IMG/VR virus record: IMGVR_UViG_3300029611_000001
Coordinates: 25,067-89,066 of that record
Source: a virus
Lineage: Duplodnaviria; Heunggongvirae; Uroviricota; Caudoviricetes
Strand: one strand, 5' to 3'
Length of the DNA: 64,000 nucleotides
The notes under the pieces are model-generated. The model was not told the origin of the DNA. It ran no database searches and saw only the letters and a program-made list of their open reading frames with translations. The position numbers were made by a program, and so were the translations under genes. This document shows positions 40,732-50,366 of the stretch, one piece after another. Numbering within the stretch: position 1 is the stretch's first letter; each line of letters begins with the position of its first letter.

Positions 40732-41230
40732 TTATTTCAATAATTAATCTACCTCTTTCTTTAATCATTCCCCTGTTTTCCATATCCAGTACCTTCTTTA
40801 CCGCATACTTCCACACAAAAGGAAATTCTGTTTCAAGTTTATCAAATTCCATCCTGTCAAGATACATGTCGAATACCGTATGCTCCGATTCATGTAGGAA
40901 AACTATATTATCCCTGCAAGTAGCAACCGACTTATATATCCTTTTCGGAAGTATGTGACATACGTTACATACTGTAGGAAAATGAATAGCCTTACCGGTC
41001 ATAGACATTCGAATAGTACTCAACTCCTCCAACATAAGACGAAAAAACCCGGATAAATCCGGGTTCTCTAACTTTTTCTTCTTGCTGCTGTTTTTAATGG
41101 ATGTAATTCTGTCTTTTTTCTTCGGAGTCAACTCTTTGCTCCTGCAAGCCTGGCATAAGCCATGACTTCTTATCATTACTTTTCGTCCGCATTTTTCGCA
41201 GACGTATAGCTTCTTTTCCTTGCTTTCCAT
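40706..41230 (-). CDS. Zinc-ribbon / HNH- or NinG-like protein
   Basis: CEKCGRK...CQACRSK and CNVCHILPKR...H..H. Confidence 0.35.
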   Translation of the reverse strand: MESKEKKLYVCEKCGRKVMIRSHGLCQACRSKELTPKKKDRITSIKNSSKKKKLENPDLSGFFRLMLEELSTIRMSMTGKAIHFPTVCNVCHILPKRIYKSVATCRDNIVFLHESEHTVFDMYLDRMEFDKLETEFPFVWKYAVKKVLDMENRGMIKERGRLIIEIIDRYEKTL

Positions 41231-41415
41231 TCGAATAATAATGATATTATTGAAAAGAATAATCCCGCTGAAGCCAGTAGATAAGGTACGTTCATTAATA
41301 ATTTAGATACCTCGTCTGTCTTAATCACTATCAGAAGGAAAGCGCCTGCTGAAAGCAATGATATTATCGCCACAACAAGCGCTATGTTGGAAACTACATC
41401 AGCCTTACTCTTCAC
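41176..41415 (-). CDS. Small two-TM membrane protein (holin-like topology)
   Basis: Two hydrophobic helices and a charged C-terminus. Confidence 0.4.
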   Translation of the reverse strand: MKSKADVVSNIALVVAIISLLSAGAFLLIVIKTDEVSKLLMNVPYLLASAGLFFSIISLLFEWKARKRSYTSAKNADEK

Positions 41416-41875
41416 TCTTCTTCTCGCCTAATTTTTCAGCTCCCTTCTGAAGATCGTATTTAAACACTTCAATGATTTTCGTTTCCACAATAGACTCGCA
41501 ATTCCAGTCTCCTAACGTACCCTGCATACCTTTAGTCAACACAGCTTCGGCATCCTTAGGATTGCCGGCCTGGATATACATATAGCATGGAGTTTTCTTT
41601 TCTTTACCTTTCTTTTCATCCAGTGTAATGTAATTCACCTTACACTTATACCAGTACTCAGCTTCTCCGTTGAAGAAGATTTCCGACACTTTAATAGGAT
41701 TAATTTTTACAACCTCGAAAGAATTGTACAAATCCTTGAAGATCTCCAACGATCTTGATTCTGCCTCTGTGTAAGACAAGGCATCCACTAAATACTTTTC
41801 AGTTACTTTCTTTTTTTTGCCGTTCTCGATATTATCAATCTCGGCTTTTACCGTAATTTCAAACCAGCGATTCAT
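41405..41875 (-). CDS. Hypothetical protein (156 aa)
   Basis: ORF. Confidence 0.5.
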   Translation of the reverse strand: MNRWFEITVKAEIDNIENGKKKKVTEKYLVDALSYTEAESRSLEIFKDLYNSFEVVKINPIKVSEIFFNGEAEYWYKCKVNYITLDEKKGKEKKTPCYMYIQAGNPKDAEAVLTKGMQGTLGDWNCESIVETKIIEVFKYDLQKGAEKLGEKKSEE

Positions 41876-41886
41876 TGTATTAATAT

Positions 41887-42195
41887 TTAATTAGTTGATT
41901 TCTTTCCTTTCTCTATACTGTTTTTAAATCTTTCAGAACACCACTGCAAAACGTCCATCATCATCATCTCATTATTAGATAAGATACCTTTTATAACTAA
42001 CGCCAATTGATGCTGTGACATTCGTTGGCTCATATCAAATCTTCTTTCCTCTTCATTTACTATCGTAGCCACGAAATACTTACACCCCTCTAAGTGCGTC
42101 AGAGCCTCAATCATAGCTTCTTTTATCTCTTTTTCTTCCATCCTGTTTGTTTTTTTTGGACAAAGATATGTCTTTTGATAATAAAAAAGATTCAA
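41887..42195 (-). CDS. Hypothetical protein (102 aa)
   Basis: ORF. Confidence 0.45.
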   Translation of the reverse strand: MNLFYYQKTYLCPKKTNRMEEKEIKEAMIEALTHLEGCKYFVATIVNEEERRFDMSQRMSQHQLALVIKGILSNNEMMMMDVLQWCSERFKNSIEKGKKSTN

Positions 42196-42221
42196 AATGA
42201 TTTAATTTAGCTTAATTGCTG

Positions 42222-42896
42222 CTATTTTAATTCGTCAGGTATAGGAACTGGTATAGACATGTCGAACTTTTTTCTGATAAACACCTCTGTTTCTTCATTG
42301 AATGGATAGGCCTCCTTGATAAAATTCATAGCCACCTCCATGTCGCCATCTGCTATATCTTTATACCTCTCAAAGATGCCAACCATGTCGTTGTTATATG
42401 AACGCTCTTGTTTTATATTGTACACGTATTTCAATACCCTATCTTTGATTTCATTGGCTTTTTTCACGGTGTCATTGAAGGTGTTTATACTTGTCAATTC
42501 AGGGTTTTTATTTTTCTCATCTATCTTATCAAACTCTTCCTTGCTATATCCTGTTTCTCCTTTAACAGCCGGGCAAACACCCTCCTTCATGATCCAAAAC
42601 TGTTCATACGATCCTGCCAGATATCTCGATTCTGTTTTAAATGCATTATACTTGACAAGCAAATTAGCCACCTCAGTTGCACCTTCTATGGTTCTAAAAC
42701 CGATGCCGATATCTTTTAACATAAATACCGGAACTCCCATTCTTGGATACACGACTTCTTTTTCGTTCTTTATATTCCAGTTTTTAGCTTCAATTGGAAT
42801 ACCTTTACCAGCAAGCTCTTTGTCTATATACAGATATATCTCTTTGCATGTCAATGATACAATCTCATCCCTGCTTAAATCAAAAACTGTTTTCAT
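42222..42896 (-). CDS. Hypothetical protein (224 aa)
   Basis: ORF. Confidence 0.55.
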   Translation of the reverse strand: MKTVFDLSRDEIVSLTCKEIYLYIDKELAGKGIPIEAKNWNIKNEKEVVYPRMGVPVFMLKDIGIGFRTIEGATEVANLLVKYNAFKTESRYLAGSYEQFWIMKEGVCPAVKGETGYSKEEFDKIDEKNKNPELTSINTFNDTVKKANEIKDRVLKYVYNIKQERSYNNDMVGIFERYKDIADGDMEVAMNFIKEAYPFNEETEVFIRKKFDMSIPVPIPDELK

Positions 42897-43096
42897 TTTT
42901 CTTTATTTATTAAATTAAACAACTTACTTCTTTGTTCAGGCTCCGTATATTCTACCCATATATCGGCTGCCACATTTCTAAGAAATTCCATAAAGTCTTG
43001 ATGATCCCTGTATTCAGCAGAATCAACTTTTCTCACAAAACTTAGAATTTCCTTTAACATCTTATTGTTTTCTTCAAGAAGCTCTCTGTCGGTCAT
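42893..43096 (-). CDS. Hypothetical protein (67 aa)
   Basis: ORF. Confidence 0.4.
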   Translation of the reverse strand: MTDRELLEENNKMLKEILSFVRKVDSAEYRDHQDFMEFLRNVAADIWVEYTEPEQRSKLFNLINKEK

Positions 43097-43102
43097 AACC
43101 TT

Positions 43103-43351
43103 TCAAATTTTCTTCTTATGGTGTTGATTCTTTACCGCTCCGGCTACCTCCGACAACTCCACGTCCCTTTCCATTGTTACCCGAAAATCTTCTTCTGTTA
43201 AAGAAAAAGACATAGTTAATGTAGGAGTATCCTTAAAATACCAATCACATAATTCTTTTAACTCTTTACGTTCATCCTCGTTTTTACATTTATGAATGGT
43301 AAGGTAATTCATTCTTTCCTCTTTTTCTTTGTCTGTTAAATCTTTTTTCAT
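43103..43351 (-). CDS. Hypothetical protein (82 aa)
   Basis: ORF. Confidence 0.45.
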   Translation of the reverse strand: MKKDLTDKEKEERMNYLTIHKCKNEDERKELKELCDWYFKDTPTLTMSFSLTEEDFRVTMERDVELSEVAGAVKNQHHKKKI

Positions 43352-43384
43352 AATTCTAACTTTTAAAATTGAGTATATAATTAC

Positions 43385-43645
43385 CTAAGGTAATAGATCA
43401 TCCAAATAAGCCCATGATTCCATTTCATCTAATCTGCATAAAATACATCCTGGACGGCTGGATATAAAAGTTCTGTTCTCTTCCAATATACCCATAATTG
43501 GATTCTTTGATCCTATTGTTGATTTCTTAGGGAGAAACACAATAAAACGGTGGCAATCTGGAATTACTGTTATAGAATGCCACACGCTGTTAATGCGCCA
43601 TTCTGCACCAGCTTTAAAAAGAGGAATAGCATATTCTTGTTCCAT
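43385..43645 (-). CDS. Hypothetical protein (86 aa)
   Basis: ORF. Confidence 0.45.
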   Translation of the reverse strand: MEQEYAIPLFKAGAEWRINSVWHSITVIPDCHRFIVFLPKKSTIGSKNPIMGILEENRTFISSRPGCILCRLDEMESWAYLDDLLP

Positions 43646-43651
43646 GTCTAT

Positions 43652-44107
43652 TTAGTTTTGAATTAATGTGAAAAGAGCAATTATAGCCGCAACTGATATA
43701 ATAGATAAAATAACGTTTGCCAATGCATGCTTTAAGAGGCGCCTTTCGAGATTTGCGATATGCTTTCTTAGTCCTTCGCAATGTTTTTTTGTAGATCTGG
43801 ATTCTTTGAGTTCTTTGTTGTATTTTACCATATTTTTGTCGCACCATTTCATTATATCAGCACTTGCTTTGTTAAGCATATCTCTGATTTTTTCATCATC
43901 ATAGAATGGTATTTCAACATCAACACAAGTATTTGGCCTGTATAATAATCCGTATGTATCAAAGCACACTTTCAATGTGACAACTTCAGGCTTAGCCATT
44001 TCTTCGGCTTGTTTCTTTATCTGCTCATCTGTTGCTTCGGCTTTAGCTTTAAGCTCATTGTAGTCTTCTATATTCAGCAAAGCCATGTTTTCAAATTCTG
44101 TATTCAT
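43652..44107 (-). CDS. Hypothetical protein with C-terminal TM anchor (151 aa)
   Basis: ORF; C-terminal hydrophobic helix. Confidence 0.5.
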   Translation of the reverse strand: MNTEFENMALLNIEDYNELKAKAEATDEQIKKQAEEMAKPEVVTLKVCFDTYGLLYRPNTCVDVEIPFYDDEKIRDMLNKASADIMKWCDKNMVKYNKELKESRSTKKHCEGLRKHIANLERRLLKHALANVILSIISVAAIIALFTLIQN

Positions 44108-44293
44108 ATCTACTATTTCTTATTTAGAGTGAATGTTTGCCAAATGCTTTATCCCAACGCCTGCTTGCTATCTGTACACATACTACCAACGCATCACGAT
44201 ATTTACGGGATTAGATGGTTCTTATGTGGCGGATGTTGATAATCCTAACAACGCATTCGTACTGATTTTTGCAAACTGTTCACTCAATTATTT

Positions 44294-44545
44294 TTAATTT
44301 TTAATTAATTCAACTCCTATAATATCTTCGTAATCAATATAGTGCATCATTGAAACACCGTTGTCATCATTAGCCATTATTTCAACACAAGCAGAACATC
44401 TATTGAATGCACCTTCGATTGTTATACCTGTTAATTGCCTAAAGAATCCTAAAAATTTCTTTGGCCTGATAATCCTAATACGGACAAGATCATTCCAAGT
44501 TATTCCTTTATATTCACAAATAGATTTAAACTTCTCGGCTGTCAT
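44294..44545 (-). CDS. Hypothetical protein (83 aa)
   Basis: ORF. Confidence 0.45.
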   Translation of the reverse strand: MTAEKFKSICEYKGITWNDLVRIRIIRPKKFLGFFRQLTGITIEGAFNRCSACVEIMANDDNGVSMMHYIDYEDIIGVELIKN

Positions 44546-44564
44546 AATTCGATTATTTTAGCTG

Positions 44565-44849
44565 TTAGTCATTTTTTGGAATCCAGTTATCCGTATCACA
44601 GTGAAAGCAATATCCGGTTTTAGGATGCTCCGCACCGTCTTTAGCTCCGCAGGTTCCGCAATAATATTCCTTATCATATTCTGGGGAAAGACCTTTATTT
44701 CGTTCTTTGATAACAGCTTTTCTTTCTTCGAGCATCATCATTTTATCAGGATTACGACTCAAATAAAACTTTCTGACTTTATGTATTTGCTTATCAAACA
44801 GATCATCGGACTCGGCAATTTGTTTTGCTGTATATTTACTCATGCTCAA
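44565..44849 (-). CDS. Small zinc-ribbon protein
   Basis: CGTCG...CFHC. Confidence 0.45.
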   Translation of the reverse strand: MSMSKYTAKQIAESDDLFDKQIHKVRKFYLSRNPDKMMMLEERKAVIKERNKGLSPEYDKEYYCGTCGAKDGAEHPKTGYCFHCDTDNWIPKND

Positions 44850-45003
44850 TTATTTTTAAAGTTTATCTATTATTTTATCACCCATTTCCTGCCATTCATC
44901 ACTCACGCTTATAACCAATCCTATGACAGTGAATGATAATAGCAACGTAAAAAATAAGCCATAACAGAAAGCAGATAAAAACACATACATACCTCATGAT
45001 TTT

Positions 45004-45750
45004 TTAGTTGTTAGATAAAAGCAAAATCGGTTCATTTGACTCCGCAATTGCTTTTATTTGTTCTGGATTGACAAAACTCTTAACTTGTTCGCTTATATTA
45101 CAAATGGACTTGATCATATCAACGAATAATTTCGAGGTACATTCGTTACACTCCACTTCCATTACCTGTTTATGTCTATTGTATGATATGCTCGTTACAC
45201 AATTCAGCCAGTGCGCATAAGTTCCTTTTTCTGTATTTAACCTGCCGTATTCTACTTTTGTCTCTCCATTTCCATATTCAATTACTCTTTTTAGAAATGG
45301 TTTTGCATAAACACTAAAACCGAAAGGTTGGGTGTTTAAGGCATCTAAACGGGAAGTTCCATCTCTCCATTTTCCATTTTCATCGCCTCCTGTCCATTCC
45401 TTAGAGGGGTTAGGGACAATATTTCCGTTTTTGTCATAGGAAAACATGCAATTCGTTTCCAGTTGATACTTAATAACAGGCACTTCTTCTACTATTTTAT
45501 AACTCAAACATCTCTTCAGGACTTCCCTGATTTGACTTTCCAAATCAGAAAGTGCTATACTATTGAAATATCCTTCGTTGCCTAATCTGTTTGTAGGTAA
45601 TTTGATCCCATAAGAATGAATCTTGTCCACATCTTCTTTTGACAAGGTAGTGGTAAACACTCCTTCTTTGGTGACATTCACTTTAACAGTTACAGACAAA
45701 CTGTTATTAGCGTTCTTTTCCGTTATATTTAGTGTTGTTAATGCTGCCAT
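45004..45750 (-). CDS. Hypothetical protein (248 aa)
   Basis: ORF. Confidence 0.55.
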   Translation of the reverse strand: MAALTTLNITEKNANNSLSVTVKVNVTKEGVFTTTLSKEDVDKIHSYGIKLPTNRLGNEGYFNSIALSDLESQIREVLKRCLSYKIVEEVPVIKYQLETNCMFSYDKNGNIVPNPSKEWTGGDENGKWRDGTSRLDALNTQPFGFSVYAKPFLKRVIEYGNGETKVEYGRLNTEKGTYAHWLNCVTSISYNRHKQVMEVECNECTSKLFVDMIKSICNISEQVKSFVNPEQIKAIAESNEPILLLSNN

Positions 45751-45768
45751 AATCAGATATTTTTAAAA

Positions 45769-46020
45769 TCAATTCGAATAAATATAATACATTCCTGCTT
45801 CATATACCTTATGTACATCAGGGTCATTCTTGTCTTCCGGTTCCAATTCACTCTCTTCACAAGTATAATCCCATTCAGAGTTGTAGTACATATCCTCGTC
45901 TGTTTTCTCCAAGGAACAATCTTTCATTAGATTCATATTTTCTCCCCATACTGCAACTTCTTGTCGTTGCTCTTCTTCCGCCATAAGGGATATTTTGTCT
46001 TTCAATTCTTTCCAGGTCAT
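45769..46020 (-). CDS. Hypothetical acidic protein (83 aa)
   Basis: ORF. Confidence 0.45.
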   Translation of the reverse strand: MTWKELKDKISLMAEEEQRQEVAVWGENMNLMKDCSLEKTDEDMYYNSEWDYTCEESELEPEDKNDPDVHKVYEAGMYYIYSN

Positions 46021-46044
46021 GATTTTTAAAAGATGATTAATAGT

Positions 46045-46428
46045 TTATTCTACATCAAAAAGCTGATCTAACACCAACAATTCCGCATTCATATCTTCAT
46101 CTTTCGGGAAACGAACTTTTATATTTCCAAACTTAGATGTCTTAAACAAGATGTAGGGGTTCATATCTTCGGCAGTCACCGGCTTATATTCCTTAACTTC
46201 CGACATCTTGAGATACCAGTCACCTATTTTTACAAACCCAGAAAAGATAGAACACAGATGCGCTTTTACGGACCGTATCTCCTTTTTATCTTTGAAAGGT
46301 ATAATTTCGTCCTTTCCCCTTATCCTGATTGACAGAAAAGGACGAATGTTATCTGTTTCATTTTGAAATTTGAAGCCTGTTATAGCTTGTTTGGGGATTC
46401 TTCTTCCCATTAATATGAAATAAGCCAT
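46045..46428 (-). CDS. Hypothetical protein (127 aa)
   Basis: ORF. Confidence 0.5.
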   Translation of the reverse strand: MAYFILMGRRIPKQAITGFKFQNETDNIRPFLSIRIRGKDEIIPFKDKKEIRSVKAHLCSIFSGFVKIGDWYLKMSEVKEYKPVTAEDMNPYILFKTSKFGNIKVRFPKDEDMNAELLVLDQLFDVE

Positions 46429-46498
46429 TGCAATAAGTTGTTTTACTTTGTATTCTATAATCCTACCAACAAGTTCCCCGATGATAGAAAATATTCTA

Positions 46499-46666
46499 AT
46501 TCATAGAGGAAAGAAAAGAAGTAGCTCTTTCAAATTTTCTTCTTAGTTCATTAGACCATTGATGATCATAATCTGCCAATAATGATCCCATTTCCATTAT
46601 TAAGGAATAAACTTCTTCTTTTCTTGCTAAAAAAGATTGTTTGTCTTTTTCTTTTAATGTTTTCAT
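46499..46666 (-). CDS. Small helical protein (about 55 aa, below ORF-track cutoff) downstream of 45-bp repeat copy 1
   Basis: ATG at 46664-66 (minus) through stop at 46496-98. Confidence 0.35.
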
Positions 46667-46707
46667 GACTGTAACTTAAAAATGAATAATTAATTGATTT
46701 ATAAAAA
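46664..46707 (-). repeat. Copy 1 of about 45-bp conserved element (core TGAATAATTAATTGATTTATAAAAA); promoter-like or island boundary
   Basis: Near-identical copy at 52988-53033; both directly precede a small minus-strand ORF start. Confidence 0.6.
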
Positions 46708-46737
46708 ATGTGTTAAAATGACATATAAATGCCTTGA

Positions 46738-47535
46738 TCAATTGGACACAAATGTACAAGTTTTATTAAGATACCCTTCTGTCATCTCTATGAAATTCAC
46801 ACAATCTAATTTGCTTAACTTGTAAATCAATGCCGGATTGTGTACTATGGCTATAATTTGCGTTTGTGGTTTATGGAATGACAATACATTATAAATTTGC
46901 ATTATATTGTCAATGTCAAGATTCCTGTCTGGCTCATCCATGAGAACCGTGTATTCAAAACTGCTTTCTGTTAATGTTATGCGGTTTCTTTTATAATACT
47001 TCAACAGACTATCAATTCTTTTAATCCAAAACGCATTTGATTTTTTCTTGTATTCTACAAGATCTTGTATTGGAAACGTATAATCCTTTTGACCGAACAT
47101 TAAATTGAAAAGTGATTCCAATGATAACACCACTTTCTCTCCATAAGATCTTCTAATATTATTCACATACAAATCTAAGTTGCTGATGTTTTTCAATACG
47201 CTATCTCGATTCATCTCCGCCGATGGCAATAAACGGAATACTTTCCCTGCATAATCGGATGATATATCAATCCCATCAAGAACCTTATCATCATCATCAA
47301 ACATAGGTGGAAAATCCAGTGCCTCGGTCGGTATTTCAGAGCACATGGACTTCTCGCATAACGCATACATTGACATGATGTTAAGCAAAGTTGATTTTCC
47401 ACTACCGTTTTTACCTATAATTACATTCACTCCTGGCTTGAAAATAAATTCTCTACCATTTTCAAACGCTTCTATGTCAGAAGCATATTCAAATGGAGTT
47501 TTTGTATTGTCTTTTATTTTTACCGATGTTATCAT
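46738..47535 (-). CDS. ABC-type (AAA_21/SMC-like) ATPase
   Basis: Walker A GKNGSGKST, signature-like SYGEK, Walker B VLMDEPDRNLD, H-loop IVHNP. Confidence 0.75.
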   Translation of the reverse strand: MITSVKIKDNTKTPFEYASDIEAFENGREFIFKPGVNVIIGKNGSGKSTLLNIMSMYALCEKSMCSEIPTEALDFPPMFDDDDKVLDGIDISSDYAGKVFRLLPSAEMNRDSVLKNISNLDLYVNNIRRSYGEKVVLSLESLFNLMFGQKDYTFPIQDLVEYKKKSNAFWIKRIDSLLKYYKRNRITLTESSFEYTVLMDEPDRNLDIDNIMQIYNVLSFHKPQTQIIAIVHNPALIYKLSKLDCVNFIEMTEGYLNKTCTFVSN

Positions 47536-47547
47536 ATGTAATCCTTT

Positions 47548-48384
47548 TTAAAAATCAATTACCGCCCGAACCCTGTAACTATTGTACTCAATGTTGCTGT
47601 GCGTGCCGCCATTGGAGAAGCTCACGAACCATGCGCTGACCTTGCTGTACTCGGTACTGGACCAATACCGCGCCGAGGAGAGGGGAGATGCCGAAACATA
47701 AGCGAATGCTTTGTTTAGTTCGTCCATATGATGGGCCATTAAATTTAATTGACCAAGAGATGGTATATACTCGTCATCTTCCAGCAGATTTCTCAATTTT
47801 GGATTTCTGGCTACAAGGCGTTCCGTATTGCCGCGTCCGTCAATATCAAACAGCGCATCACATTCACGTTCGTAATATGTCTCACTTCCGGATTCTTTAC
47901 GGCTATCATTGTCAAGCAACCGTACACTATCATGCTCCTCCAGCGAGATAGCAAACGATACGTCTTTGTGTTTTAATCCGATATAACGCACATTCTCTTT
48001 AATATTCTCTCCAGTAAACGGCTCAGCGTGTCCGTTTCCGTAGATTAGATACAAACCATCTTTTCTTGATGGTACTCTATTTTCACATACGCATCTTTCA
48101 TTTTTTGGTCTTACAATTATGTTCAACTCATTCAACACATGATCTTTTATGACTTCCTTGCTTATTCTTTCTACAAAACCATAATTCCTTTGTTTAAGCT
48201 CATCATTTACCATACATCTGATCCAATTTTCTATCTGATTGTTTCCTCCGTATGTATTATGCATGCACCTTTTTACAAGCTTTTCCAATAATGATTCTAT
48301 GTTTTTGATTATATCTTCTTTGGTAAGGTGAAGTTCATTTAGTATGCAGTTTCTTACCGCCTTGTATTCTTTACTTGTGCTCAT
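47548..48384 (-). CDS. Protein with C-terminal DUF1566 / Fib_succ_major-like domain
   Basis: IPSLGQLNLM...YWSSTEYS...AWFVSFSNGG...YRVRAV; the 3' end of the gene is markedly GC-rich. Confidence 0.55.
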   Translation of the reverse strand: MSTSKEYKAVRNCILNELHLTKEDIIKNIESLLEKLVKRCMHNTYGGNNQIENWIRCMVNDELKQRNYGFVERISKEVIKDHVLNELNIIVRPKNERCVCENRVPSRKDGLYLIYGNGHAEPFTGENIKENVRYIGLKHKDVSFAISLEEHDSVRLLDNDSRKESGSETYYERECDALFDIDGRGNTERLVARNPKLRNLLEDDEYIPSLGQLNLMAHHMDELNKAFAYVSASPLSSARYWSSTEYSKVSAWFVSFSNGGTHSNIEYNSYRVRAVIDF

Positions 48385-48538
48385 AATATATCCACTTAAT
48401 ACTGTAAATTATATTTTTTCTCTCTCCCACTGTCTTCCCCTATAGGATTATTCCATCCATATTTTACAGCCGTAGCTTTAAATAGAGGAAGTCCATAAAA
48501 TCTATAATCATTCTCAAGATGAGCATATACTGTTGATT

Positions 48539-49219
48539 TCATTTCAGCTCTTTAATTAAAGCATCCGCATATATTACAGCTAATTCAGCCGCCTTATCAC
48601 ACGTCTCCAATATTAATTCACCGTGAGGTCCACGCCCTGATACGGATGTGATCGGAAGCATGGTTTTTGCCATCTCGTATCTACGTTGTTCCCAATCTAC
48701 ATGGGTGTTACACGGTTCTTGATTGACCTGTATATATCTTCCTTCAATATTAGAAGATCTTAATGTTTCCGCATTCTCTTCGCCGAATGCAACCAGAATA
48801 GACCCACATCCTGGACTTTCACCTATTGTTCCATCTTCTCTGTGGAATTTTATCCTTCCTTTCATGAACAATATACCTTTTGCTTTCGGGAATACAACAT
48901 CCTGAAACATCTTATTGTCAAGACGATTAAAAAGAAGAGCTATTCCATTATTGTGCTCTACCATACGAGCAATAAAATGCTCTATAGTCGGTCTTGAATA
49001 AGGTGGGTTTAACCATACCCTTCCTTCCCATTTTTGTTTTAATTCATCTTGCTCTTTGTTATACATAACCCTGGCTGTCCTCCATAACGGACGCATAGGC
49101 GCACATGGATCTAAATCAAATTTCCCTAAAGCGTCTATAATTTCTTTAGGTGTGTACCATTCATCTGTACTGTTTTTAGATTTCTCAAATGATGTATTTA
49201 TATATCTATGTTTTATAAG
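48539..49219 (-). CDS. Phage-type DNA N6-adenine methyltransferase (Dam family) lacking a canonical start codon
   Basis: In-frame upstream extension encodes DEWYTPKEIIDALGKFDLDPCA (motif I); WLNPPYS (motif IV); no ATG/GTG/TTG between the motif and the upstream gene's TAA. Confidence 0.7.
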   Translation of the reverse strand, partial: LIKHRYINTSFEKSKNSTDEWYTPKEIIDALGKFDLDPCAPMRPLWRTARVMYNKEQDELKQKWEGRVWLNPPYSRPTIEHFIARMVEHNNGIALLFNRLDNKMFQDVVFPKAKGILFMKGRIKFHREDGTIGESPGCGSILVAFGEENAETLRSSNIEGRYIQVNQEPCNTHVDWEQRRYEMAKTMLPITSVSGRGPHGELILETCDKAAELAVIYADALIKELK

Positions 49220-49882
49220 TTAATCCCATCCTCCAGTAGTGTACAAAGATACATCTTCCTCCTCTACGTTTACACCTTTAATAGCCTGTAGAAGTTTTTT
49301 CTTTGTCTCCCGGCACATATTGTAACCATATCCTTTATACCGATATGAGCGCTCCCATGTGCTTACTGGAAAAGGAATATTTTCGTCAATGACCAGCCTC
49401 TTCATATGAAGATGTTCGAAGAATTTCTCATGATAGAGTAGTTTGTACTCGTATGCTACTATGCTTGCGGATGAGAATGGAAAATAATCATCTTCTTTTT
49501 CTTCGTATTTGGGCTCCTTATAGTAAGCCATTTTTGTCACAGTAAAATCGAAGCTCCTAAGAATCTCTTTCGGCTTTCCAAACTCTGACTCTATGAACTC
49601 TATCCATACCTTTTCTCCCTCTTTCTGGAACGCACATACCTTCTCATTTCTGTACTTAAATTTCCATCCTTCTTTCTGATGTTTTTCATCATTGAACGAA
49701 TCAATAGCCTCCTGAAAATCGCTTTCACTTTCAAAGAAAATATCAATGTCTTTTACTCTTTCTCCGGAAAGGATATTTTTAAAACATCCACCAGCTATGA
49801 ATCCTTTGTGGCCTTCCATATACTTGTCAAGCCATCTTATTTGCCAGAAATTATCTGGAGTATCTATTACAAAATTATTCAT
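49220..49882 (-). CDS. Pol-beta superfamily nucleotidyltransferase (minimal NTase or CD-NTase-like)
   Basis: GGCFKNILSGERVKDIDIFF (G[GS]x9-13DxD) plus downstream FDF acidic residue. Confidence 0.55.
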   Translation of the reverse strand: MNNFVIDTPDNFWQIRWLDKYMEGHKGFIAGGCFKNILSGERVKDIDIFFESESDFQEAIDSFNDEKHQKEGWKFKYRNEKVCAFQKEGEKVWIEFIESEFGKPKEILRSFDFTVTKMAYYKEPKYEEKEDDYFPFSSASIVAYEYKLLYHEKFFEHLHMKRLVIDENIPFPVSTWERSYRYKGYGYNMCRETKKKLLQAIKGVNVEEEDVSLYTTGGWD

Positions 49883-49900
49883 ATTGCTTATGTTTTGCCG

Positions 49901-50155
49901 TTACCAAGCGAGATAAAAATTCCGCTTCACAATAATACAATGAGTGTAATTACTCAGGTCGATTCCGTTGTCCGTAAATGCATCCAGGACCCGTTTTTCC
50001 ACGTATTTGAGTTTTACTGTTATCCCCTTCTTAAACACTTCTATTAACTTCTCATTGCACTCAATAGGTCCAATAAGACAGTATCTATTCGAAGGACTGT
50101 CTGATATACAATATGTCTGACATCCTAACATGTTGCTTAAAATTACTTCGTTCAT
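49901..50155 (-). CDS. Hypothetical Cys-containing protein (84 aa)
   Basis: ORF. Confidence 0.45.
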   Translation of the reverse strand: MNEVILSNMLGCQTYCISDSPSNRYCLIGPIECNEKLIEVFKKGITVKLKYVEKRVLDAFTDNGIDLSNYTHCIIVKRNFYLAW

Positions 50156-50314
50156 AATTTCTCTATGATTCTAATATGGTGTCTACAAACTCCGTTATTT
50201 TATCAACGGATTCTTTTGATAAGGTATATCTTCTCCAATCCCATCTAAAATGCGCTTTTGGGAGATTTTTAGTAGAATATTTGGTGATTATATACAACTT
50301 TGCACCATCTATAT

Positions 50315-50360
50315 AAAACAGAAGCCGGATAATGATTAACGTATATCCGGCTTCTGTTTT
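50315..50360. terminator. 17-bp perfect inverted repeat hairpin (terminator or recombination site) after 344-aa gene
   Basis: aaaacagaagccggata-[12 nt]-tatccggcttctgtttt. Confidence 0.6.
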
Positions 50361-50366
50361 ATATGG

